Part shown: positions 56,900 through 64,000 of the stretch, one piece after another
Numbering within the stretch: position 1 is the stretch's first letter
Layout: every line of letters starts with the position of its first letter
DNA from: Escherichia phage Sa157lw
Sequence record: OK322699.1
Length of the DNA stretch: 64,000 nt
Strand: one strand, 5' to 3'
Made by a program: the position numbers and the translations under genes
The notes under the pieces: model-generated
The model's input: the letters and a program-made list of their open reading frames with translations, nothing else
Database searches by the model: none
Told to the model about the DNA's origin: nothing

Positions 56900-56928
56900 A
56901 ACCCCGCTTCGGCGGGGTTTTCCTTTAT
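56900..56928 (+). terminator. intrinsic terminator (aaccccgc-ttcg-gcggggtt)
   Basis: GC stem and T-rich run after stop 56893. Confidence 0.55.
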
Positions 56929-56949
56929 CCCACATATTTGAGTTATTGA

Positions 56950-57408
56950 ATGATATACGCATACAAAATTGAAATGGTTTGTAATGGAAAGGTCTACATC
57001 GGTGTGACCAATGACCCACAACGAAGATATGATCAGCATTTTGCGAATGCCTTTCATCATGGCGTCCAAAGTGAATTGTATGACGCCATGCGTAAGTATG
57101 GAACATCTGGATTTACTTTCGTTGTAATTGCTCAGACCGATGAAGTCCATAAATGGGAATTAGAGAAGCAACTCATCGCTCAATATAATTCTTATGAGAT
57201 GGGTTACAACATGAATAAAGGCGGTAATGATGGAAGTCATATGCTGGGTAAAACTGCAGCAAAATTGACATCCACAGGTGAACACATTGGTCTTGTTTCT
57301 CTCATAGATCCCCGTTGGGAATTGTGTGAAATCGAACCTGTTTCAAGTAATGTTCATCATAGTTTCGATCTTTCTTCTATGAAGATTAAAAGATTGACGA
57401 CTAATTAG
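56950..57408 (+). CDS. free-standing GIY-YIG homing endonuclease (152 aa)
   Basis: IYAYKIEMVCNGKVYIGVTNDPQRRYDQH is a GIY-YIG core; inserted between sheath and tube genes that are adjacent in T4. Confidence 0.7.
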   Translation: MIYAYKIEMVCNGKVYIGVTNDPQRRYDQHFANAFHHGVQSELYDAMRKYGTSGFTFVVIAQTDEVHKWELEKQLIAQYNSYEMGYNMNKGGNDGSHMLGKTAAKLTSTGEHIGLVSLIDPRWELCEIEPVSSNVHHSFDLSSMKIKRLTTN

Positions 57409-57438
57409 AATTGTGTACTCTTATTTGGAGATATAAAA

Positions 57439-57972
57439 ATGGCGACAGTCAATGAGTTTCGCGCAGCCATGTCACGAGGGGGCGGCGTACAACGCCAACA
57501 CCGCTGGCGTGTGACTGTAAACTTTCCTTCTTTTGTTGCTGGTTCCGACACAATTCGCGACGTGTCCTTGCTGGCTGTAACTACCAACACCCCGACAGGT
57601 CAGCTGGGTGAAATTCTGGTGCCCTGGGGTGGTCGTGAACTTCCATTCCCAGGCGACCGTCGTTTCGAAGCACTGCCTGTAACATTCATTAACGTTGTGA
57701 ACAACGCGCCGTACAACGCATTTGAAGTGTGGCAGCAATTCATCAATGGTAGTGAAAACAACCGTGCCAGCGCGAATCCAGATGATTATTTCCGTGATAT
57801 CATCATGGAGCTTCTGGATGCGAATGACAATGTCACCAAGACATGGACTTTGCAGGGTGGCTGGCCTCAAAACCTCGGCCAATTGGAACTCGATATGTCT
57901 GCGATGGACTCTTATACACAGTTCACCGTCGATCTGCGTTATTTCCAAGCCGTGTCAGACAAATCTTTATAA
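57439..57972 (+). CDS. tail tube protein (T4 gp19-like)
   Basis: C-terminal TKTWTLQGGWPQNLGQLELDMSAMDSYTQFTVDL vs T4 gp19 TKEIEIKGLWPTNVGELQLDWDSNNEIQTFEVTL. Confidence 0.85.
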   Translation: MATVNEFRAAMSRGGGVQRQHRWRVTVNFPSFVAGSDTIRDVSLLAVTTNTPTGQLGEILVPWGGRELPFPGDRRFEALPVTFINVVNNAPYNAFEVWQQFINGSENNRASANPDDYFRDIIMELLDANDNVTKTWTLQGGWPQNLGQLELDMSAMDSYTQFTVDLRYFQAVSDKSL

Positions 57973-58039
57973 TGTCCTCGGTGCTGGGGGAATCATATTC
58001 CCCCTCACTAATTACAAGAAAATGTTGAGGACTTAGATC

Positions 58040-59722
58040 ATGGCTGGATACGGCAGAGGGTTCTTCGGTTTGTTTGGCGGCGGCGGTTTGGTGAACGCTA
58101 AAGTCGACACCGATAAGTTAGCCCAAAAACAAGATGAACGGTTGCTAACCAAAGCGACAGTTGTTGCTCTGGACGACGCTCAAGACGGTTCTATAATCCT
58201 TCAGGGTGGTGCGAACACCTACAACTATGTTGGCGTTGAAAGTGAACTTCTCAGCGTTAAAACAGTTGTGGAAGAATATCAGTCCATGGCTCAACAGCCT
58301 GAAATTCGCAAAGCGGTGGACATTATTGTCAATGATGTTGTCACCTGTGAGGAAGATGAAACTCCAGTGACAGTAAACCTTGACAAAGTTGAAGGGATAT
58401 CTGATACTGTTAAAGAATCTATCACTGAATGCTTCAAAGAAGTTATGCACTTGATGGACTTTGACAATACGGCATATCAGAAGATCCGGAAATGGTATGT
58501 TGACGGTCGACAAGCATATCATGTCATCGTTGATCCCACGAATAAAAAAGGCGGGATCAAGAAATTAGTTATGCTTGATTCTCGTTGCATTCGTCCTGTC
58601 TATATCGTTGAGAAGGCGATGCGTGAAGGCGGTATTGAAGCAATAGAATCCGTAACATTGAAGTATTATTACAACCCGAATTATAATCGAAACCAATTCA
58701 CTGGCCAATCTGGTACTTCCCAGAACTTCCAGCCTTCACAGCAAGAACTCGTATTCGATGACGAAAGCATTGTTTACATCGATAGTGGTGAAGAGCCATT
58801 GGCCAATGGTATTGTCCCAGGCCTTTTAAATCCTGCTATCCGTCCGTTGAACAACCTGGTTACGACTGAAGATGCGACTGTAATTTATGCCATCACTCGC
58901 GCCCCTGAGAAACGCGCATTCTATCTTGACGTCGGTACTCTCGGTAAGAAATCTGCTGAAGAATACATGACCATGATGATGGGTAAATTCAAAAACCGCA
59001 ACGCATATGACCGCACCACTGGTAAGATAACAGGTAATGCCCATCTTATGGGTATTGCAGAGGATTATTGGTTGCCGCGCCGCGAAGGTCAGAATGCTAC
59101 AGAGATCGCGACTGTTGGGGGTGGGAATCAATTGGGTGAAATGGATCACGTGAACTATTTCCGTGAAAAACTCTATGATGCTCTAATGATCCCTAAGAGC
59201 CGCCTCCAAGAGGAAGGATCTATTAACATTGGGGGTTCTAACCTTGCGGAGATTACACAGGAAGAGCTGCGTTTCAGCAAGTTCTGTGCTGGGTTACGTC
59301 GTCGTTACTCCCATTTCTTTATGGAGTTTTTACGTCGCCAATTAATTTTGAAAGGCGTGACTGACGAAAAAGATTGGAATGAAAAAATCAAGCCGTTTAT
59401 TAAGTTTGAATTCACTTCTGATAGCTATATTCGTGAGCAACAAGAAAACGCCATATTAAATGATCGCCTGGCTTCTCTGAACACTGTTGAGCCTTTTGTT
59501 GGTTCTATATTCTCCATCGATTATGTCATGCGGAATGTTCTGCGTATGTCAGACGAAGAAGTTAAAGAACAACAGGCTAAGATCGCGGAAGAGAAGAAGA
59601 AAGGTCTCTATCCGAAGGTTCAAGCAGATGAAACTGGCAATTATAGTGGTTCAGATGTTAGTCCGTTGAAGTTTAAACCTGAGACTCTCCCATTCTCCGG
59701 TTCAACAGACGATAGTATTTAA
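58040..59722 (+). CDS. portal protein (T4 gp20-like)
   Basis: IRKWYVDGRQAYHVIVDP and VIYAITRAPEKRAFYLDVGT...GKITGNAHLMGIAEDYWLPRREGQNATEI match T4 gp20. Confidence 0.9.
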   Translation: MAGYGRGFFGLFGGGGLVNAKVDTDKLAQKQDERLLTKATVVALDDAQDGSIILQGGANTYNYVGVESELLSVKTVVEEYQSMAQQPEIRKAVDIIVNDVVTCEEDETPVTVNLDKVEGISDTVKESITECFKEVMHLMDFDNTAYQKIRKWYVDGRQAYHVIVDPTNKKGGIKKLVMLDSRCIRPVYIVEKAMREGGIEAIESVTLKYYYNPNYNRNQFTGQSGTSQNFQPSQQELVFDDESIVYIDSGEEPLANGIVPGLLNPAIRPLNNLVTTEDATVIYAITRAPEKRAFYLDVGTLGKKSAEEYMTMMMGKFKNRNAYDRTTGKITGNAHLMGIAEDYWLPRREGQNATEIATVGGGNQLGEMDHVNYFREKLYDALMIPKSRLQEEGSINIGGSNLAEITQEELRFSKFCAGLRRRYSHFFMEFLRRQLILKGVTDEKDWNEKIKPFIKFEFTSDSYIREQQENAILNDRLASLNTVEPFVGSIFSIDYVMRNVLRMSDEEVKEQQAKIAEEKKKGLYPKVQADETGNYSGSDVSPLKFKPETLPFSGSTDDSI

Positions 59723-59763
59723 AGTTCAACTAAATATAGAAAATTAATTCGGAGATCAAAATC

Positions 59764-59934
59764 ATGAGCGCAATTGATATCGTTCGTGCAGTAATTGACG
59801 GTGACACTGAAACTGCTGTTGCAGAATGCAACATGGAACTTGATGCACGTAGTCAAGAACTATTGAACCAAGGCACAGCATATGTTCTGGATTCTATCGC
59901 AGCCGATATGAATTCAAACAACAACGGCCAGTAA
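59764..59934 (+). CDS. small protein (56 aa) at prohead-core position; below ORF-track cutoff
   Basis: Manual ORF with CTAAATA motif at 59730-59736 upstream. Confidence 0.3.
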   Translation: MSAIDIVRAVIDGDTETAVAECNMELDARSQELLNQGTAYVLDSIAADMNSNNNGQ

Positions 59935-59942
59935 GGAGATGC

Positions 59943-60260
59943 ATGATGGAAATCACAGAGATCGCCACGTTCGCTGATTTCCTGGCCTCTCGTATGGACG
60001 AGCAGCGAGTCATCGATAAAGTGAACGCTCGTGGTAAACGCCGCCGCCGCTTGAAATGTGCCCCTGGGTTCAAATTGTCGGCTGATGGTTCACGTTGTGA
60101 AGTTATGGACGCCAGCGAACGTCGTGTTCGCAAGATCGGCAACCGCAAAGCCCTCCGCTCTAAAAAGCGTATGGGAATGGGCTATCAACGTAAAATCGAG
60201 CGCCGCAAGAAAAAGGCTATGAAGTTCCGCAAAATGATGGGACTGAGTAAGAACAAGTAA
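59943..60260 (+). CDS. basic small protein (105 aa), possible prohead core/internal protein
   Basis: Arg/Lys-rich (KRRRRLK, RRKKKAMKFRK); sits between portal and prohead protease. Confidence 0.4.
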   Translation: MMEITEIATFADFLASRMDEQRVIDKVNARGKRRRRLKCAPGFKLSADGSRCEVMDASERRVRKIGNRKALRSKKRMGMGYQRKIERRKKKAMKFRKMMGLSKNK

Positions 60261-60267
60261 GGAGTTT

Positions 60268-60936
60268 ATGATGAAACTGTTGCGTGAGATCACAGCGATA
60301 GGGAAGGATCTTCAAATCGGTGAGGCCACAACCTCAACTGGTGGGAAGGCCATGTTCATCGAAGGTCCGTTTGTGATGTGTAACCAAGTCAACCGTAACG
60401 GGCGTAACTATGATCTACAGAAAGTGGGTATTCCTGCTGTCGAAGCATACGACAAAGAGTATATCCAAGATCGTCGCGCAATCGGTGAAGTCACACATCC
60501 TGACTATCCTTTCCCTAATTTAGTGGAAGCTGCGCTCAAAACCGAATCCCTTCGATGGGAAGGCACTAATGCCATCGGTCGGGCGAGAATTTTAAACACA
60601 CCAAAAGGCCAAATCATTCGTGCATTGGCCGAAGCAGACTTCAATCTGGCCGTATCTACTCGTGGCCTGGGTGAGACTAAGTCGGTAAGCGGTTATGATG
60701 ATGTTCAGCCTGGCTTTATGCTTACCGCCGTTGACGCAGTTGACCGTCCTTCTGGACAAGTTTGTTATGTTAAGGCTGTGAGTGAATCTGTTGAATGGCA
60801 GCTGGACGAGGCTTCGGGTATTTGGATGCCTCGTGATGTTAAAGGGAAAGTTGTAGACCAGTTGGTGAAAGCCAATATCCAGGTTGAAGACGATTTCCTG
60901 CGCCGCCTTGATGCAGCATTGAATCATCTGGGCTGA
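60268..60936 (+). CDS. prohead core protease (T4 gp21 position)
   Basis: Synteny and size (222 aa). Confidence 0.55.
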   Translation: MMKLLREITAIGKDLQIGEATTSTGGKAMFIEGPFVMCNQVNRNGRNYDLQKVGIPAVEAYDKEYIQDRRAIGEVTHPDYPFPNLVEAALKTESLRWEGTNAIGRARILNTPKGQIIRALAEADFNLAVSTRGLGETKSVSGYDDVQPGFMLTAVDAVDRPSGQVCYVKAVSESVEWQLDEASGIWMPRDVKGKVVDQLVKANIQVEDDFLRRLDAALNHLG

Positions 60937-60947
60937 ATTTCAGCTCA

Positions 60948-60954
60948 CTAAATA
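60948..60954 (+). promoter_or_regulatory. CTAAATA late-promoter-like motif
   Basis: 29 nt upstream of scaffold gene ATG 60983. Confidence 0.3.
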
Positions 60955-60982
60955 CTGAAAAATCGTTCAGAAGGAAACTATC

Positions 60983-61822
60983 ATGAAACCTGAATTGCAA
61001 AATCTGTTTGAAGGCGTTAACGGCATCAGCCCAGATTTCCTGGATAAAGTATCCAATTTGCTGGAATCGAAAGTTGAAGCGGCTCGTCTGAAAGCTATCC
61101 AAGAAACCGAAGCAGCTGGCAACGTCGAGCGCCTGAATCTGGTAGAATCTCACCAGAAAGAAATCGCCGACCTGAAAGAAAATTTCATTCTGCAATTGGC
61201 TGGGAAAGTTGACTCATTCCTCAACGCGGTGGTTGAAGAATGGGCTAACAAAAATGCCCCAGCTATTGACGCTCAGATCAAAACTGAAGCTGCTGAACGC
61301 TTCCTCACTGGTTTCTCCAACGTGCTGAAAGAAGCAGGTGTGAGTTTCGCTACTGACCCAGACGGTCAGATTGCCGCCCTCACCAGTCGCCTTGCTGAAG
61401 CAGAACAACGCGCCAACATGGCTAATACAGAGTTGAGCCAACTCAAAGAAAGCGAGACTAAACGCCAGCGCACCGACGTAATTGATCGCATTTGTGAAGG
61501 TATGGTTGACACCAAGAAAGACACTGTTGTCAACCTGCTGGAAGGTATTGAATTCCAGACCGAGTCTGAATTCGAATCGCGTGTTCGCACCTTCCGTAAT
61601 CTGGTAGAAGGTAAAGATGACTTCTCTGACAAAGTCGGTAAAGACAATGAAAAGGGTAAGCCAGATGGCGACAAGGCTGAAAAAGACATCAAAGAAGGTA
61701 AGAAACAGAAAAAAGAAGGTGATGATGTTGACGACGATAAAGACGACGACGACAAAGACGAAGTTGGCAAAGAAGTCAACGAAGCCGTCCGTCGCCAGAT
61801 CAGCGCCATTCTGAACGGCTAA
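60983..61822 (+). CDS. prohead scaffold protein (T4 gp22 position)
   Basis: Coiled-coil-like, charged sequence with poly-acidic tail (DDVDDDKDDDDKDE), immediately upstream of major capsid gene. Confidence 0.6.
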   Translation: MKPELQNLFEGVNGISPDFLDKVSNLLESKVEAARLKAIQETEAAGNVERLNLVESHQKEIADLKENFILQLAGKVDSFLNAVVEEWANKNAPAIDAQIKTEAAERFLTGFSNVLKEAGVSFATDPDGQIAALTSRLAEAEQRANMANTELSQLKESETKRQRTDVIDRICEGMVDTKKDTVVNLLEGIEFQTESEFESRVRTFRNLVEGKDDFSDKVGKDNEKGKPDGDKAEKDIKEGKKQKKEGDDVDDDKDDDDKDEVGKEVNEAVRRQISAILNG

Positions 61823-61913
61823 TTTTAGCAGCCACAGCCCTCGAAAGGGGGCTTGATTTTGAACTACTAAGTAATTTCAACTTAACTGAATATCAATGTA
61901 AGGAACGAGCATC

Positions 61914-63236
61914 ATGACTAAGAAACTTGTAACCGAAGAAATGCGCAAACAGTGGCTGCCAGTTCTCCAAAAAGAATCTGAAGCCATCCAACCTCTGTCT
62001 GCCGAAAACGTAACCATCCGTCTGATGCAAAACCAGGCCGAGTGGAACGCTAAAAACCTGGGCGAATCCGACGCTCCTGGTTCTGTAAACAGCACTGTCG
62101 GTAAATGGCAGCCAGTCCTGATCGACATGGCAAAACGTCTAGCGCCGATCAACATCGCAATGGACTTCTTCGGCGTTCAGCCGCTGTCTGGTCCTGATGG
62201 TCAGATCTTCGCACTGCGTGCTCGCCAAGGTGTTGGTGACGGTTCTACTACCGCTCAGGCGCGTAAAGAACTGTTCATGAACGAAGCCGATTCCGGCTAC
62301 TCTGGTGATGGCACTGTACAGGCTGGTGACCCGTCAGGCTTCAGTCAGGCTGAGATCGAAGGTTCCGGCTCTGTCGTGACCACTATCGGTAAAGGTATGC
62401 CGTCAACCGACGCGGAACTGCTGGGTACTACCACCAATCCGTGGGCGCGTGTTGGTATTACCGTTCAGAAAGCGACCGTTACTGCCAAGTCTCGCGGCCT
62501 GTATGCTGATTACAGCCATGAACTGCGTCAGGATATGATGGCAATTCACGGCGAAGACGTGGACAATATCCTGTCTGACGTGATGGTAACTGAAATTCAG
62601 GCGGAAATGAACCGTGAATTCATCCGCACCATGAACTTCAGTGCTGTTCGTTTCAAAAAATTCGGCACCAACGGTGTTGTTGATATCGCACAGGACATCT
62701 CCGGTCGTTGGGCGCTGGAAAAATGGAAATTCCTGACTTTCATGCTGGAAGTCGAAGCGAATGGTATCGGCGTTGACACCCGTCGTGGTAAAGGCAACCG
62801 TGTTCTGTGTTCTCCGAACGTGGCGTCTGCTCTGGCGATGTCCGGCATGCTGGACTATGCTCCGGTTCTGCAGGAAAACACCAAACTGGCTGTTGACCCG
62901 ACTGGTCAGACCTTCGCGGGTGTTCTGTCCAACGGCATGCGCGTCTATGTTGACCCATATGCTGTAGCAGAATATATCACCCTGGCGTATAAAGGCGCGA
63001 CCGCGCTGGATGCTGGTATCTTCTTCGCACCGTATGTGCCGCTGGAAATGTACCGTACTCAGGGTGAAACCACCTTCGCTCCGCGTATGGCGTTCAAAAC
63101 CCGTTACGGCATCTGTGCTAACCCGTTCGTTCAGATTCCGGCTAACCAAGACCCGCAGGTTTACGTGACTGCTGACGGTATTGCTCAAGACAGCAACCCA
63201 TACTTCCGTAAAGGTCTCATCAAATCTCTGTTCTAA
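61914..63236 (+). CDS. major capsid protein (T4 gp23-like)
   Basis: FGVQPLSGPDGQIFALRA, NPWARVGITVQKATVTAKSRGL...EIQAEMNREF and YKGATALDAGIFFAPYVPL...FKTRYGICANPF match T4 gp23. Confidence 0.9.
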   Translation: MTKKLVTEEMRKQWLPVLQKESEAIQPLSAENVTIRLMQNQAEWNAKNLGESDAPGSVNSTVGKWQPVLIDMAKRLAPINIAMDFFGVQPLSGPDGQIFALRARQGVGDGSTTAQARKELFMNEADSGYSGDGTVQAGDPSGFSQAEIEGSGSVVTTIGKGMPSTDAELLGTTTNPWARVGITVQKATVTAKSRGLYADYSHELRQDMMAIHGEDVDNILSDVMVTEIQAEMNREFIRTMNFSAVRFKKFGTNGVVDIAQDISGRWALEKWKFLTFMLEVEANGIGVDTRRGKGNRVLCSPNVASALAMSGMLDYAPVLQENTKLAVDPTGQTFAGVLSNGMRVYVDPYAVAEYITLAYKGATALDAGIFFAPYVPLEMYRTQGETTFAPRMAFKTRYGICANPFVQIPANQDPQVYVTADGIAQDSNPYFRKGLIKSLF

Positions 63237-63255
63237 TCAACAGGTTTTGATAAAC

Positions 63256-63285
63256 AAACCCCGCCATGTGCGGGGTTTTTCTTTA
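63256..63285 (+). terminator. intrinsic terminator (aaccccgc-catgt-gcggggtt + T-run)
   Basis: After major capsid stop 63236. Confidence 0.55.
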
Positions 63286-63372
63286 TAGGGATTCACTATA
63301 AGACCGCTAATAGTTTTCAATAAGTGGGCAATGAACGATCATTACCTAACTTTCACAACTGGAACGCTACTC

Positions 63373-63567
63373 ATGGCTAAAGAAACTCTGACTAAAGAAA
63401 ACTCTAACTTCGCAGAATGGCATGCAGAATTAGAGCGTGTCGCTCGTTCTCAACATGGCTCTGCCGCCGATGCTATGGCGTGGCATGAAGATTATGAGTC
63501 TGGCAAAACCCCGCGTCAGGCTTGGGAAGATGAATGGGGGTGGAATGATGCAGACTCTAATTCGTAA
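63373..63567 (+). CDS. small hypothetical protein
   Basis: Start at MAKETL inside ORF-track ORF 63331-63567. Confidence 0.3.
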   Translation: MAKETLTKENSNFAEWHAELERVARSQHGSAADAMAWHEDYESGKTPRQAWEDEWGWNDADSNS

Positions 63568-63778
63568 GATATATCTGGATAAGAACTATTTGGAATCCAA
63601 AATCGAAGTTTTCTCGGCTCAAAAAATAATTGAAGACGGTGAAACGAGATATTATCTGAAACCTGACCTTTATCTTCCAGGAAGTAGTTTGAATCGCGAT
63701 ATAATTCAGTCGGACGGTATTACTGTTCGTTGGGAAATGGCGTCACAGGAAGACAACTGTCATAGCATAACACTTTGA
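63545..63778 (+). CDS. small hypothetical protein
   Basis: Start at MMQTL with G-rich RBS; overlaps upstream stop. Confidence 0.3.
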   Translation: MMQTLIRKIYLDKNYLESKIEVFSAQKIIEDGETRYYLKPDLYLPGSSLNRDIIQSDGITVRWEMASQEDNCHSITL

Positions 63779-63793
63779 AGAGAGATCTATATT

Positions 63794-64000
63794 ATGTCAA
63801 AAGAAAAATACATATTCATCAGCCCCGCTACGAAGGAGTTCTTCATCTCCGACGTGAAAGATCGTGTTGAGAAGTTCCGCTACATGCGCAGCTATGGTCT
63901 GGCATCCGGTGATATTGATTATCAGTCACTGGACAATGATCGCCAAGATCTGATCGACGACGGTTGGCGTTTAGTTCCGTCCCCTCAGTACATTCATATC
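63794..64000 (+). CDS. hypothetical protein, 3'-truncated by window end
   Basis: ORF MSKEKYIFISPATKEFF... runs off the window. Confidence 0.3.
   Translation, partial: MSKEKYIFISPATKEFFISDVKDRVEKFRYMRSYGLASGDIDYQSLDNDRQDLIDDGWRLVPSPQYIHI

Noticed and set aside
56102-57106. 334-aa minus-strand ORF across the tail sheath 3' end and the homing endonuclease gene
   Set aside because: Antisense to two genes with recognisable motifs and T4 homology; Arg/His-rich composition.
62403-63188. 261-aa minus-strand ORF inside the major capsid gene
   Set aside because: Antisense to a gene with clear T4 gp23 homology.
1-64000. Prophage or integrative element in a bacterial chromosome
   Set aside because: No integrase, attachment-site repeats or bacterial housekeeping genes; gene content is that of a lytic T4-like/ViI-like phage.

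Overview
This window reads as a fragment of a large virulent myovirus genome with a T4-like core, most consistent with an Ackermannviridae (ViI-like) phage; nothing here looks bacterial. All calls come from reading the sequence and ORF translations by eye against remembered T4 proteins and motifs; no search or folding program was run. Layout: (1) 1-25215, mostly minus-strand early/replication genes: an Ig-like domain protein, rIIB and rIIA homologues, small membrane proteins, a P-loop kinase, a HAD-like hydrolase, family B DNA polymerase, and a short plus-strand block at 18585-21175. (2) 25500-26720, a minus-strand tRNA cluster with three cleanly folding tRNAs (Ser-GCU, Asn-GUU, Met-CAU) plus aberrant tRNA-like elements. 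(3) 26721-29289, about 2.6 kb with no convincing ORF but packed with perfect 13-20 bp inverted repeats; this is the most unusual part of the window. (4) 30223-63778, the plus-strand morphogenesis module: gp6-like baseplate wedge, a repeat-containing tail fiber, four tandem tailspike genes, a 1612-aa structural protein, neck proteins, terminase small and large subunits, tail sheath, a GIY-YIG homing endonuclease, tail tube, portal, prohead protease, scaffold and major capsid protein. Other notable points: a 159-aa mini-intein in the terminase P-loop, a gene split at a homopolymer, conserved hairpins at tailspike gene junctions, and a recurring CTAAATA motif upstream of late genes. Host cannot be assigned from sequence alone.
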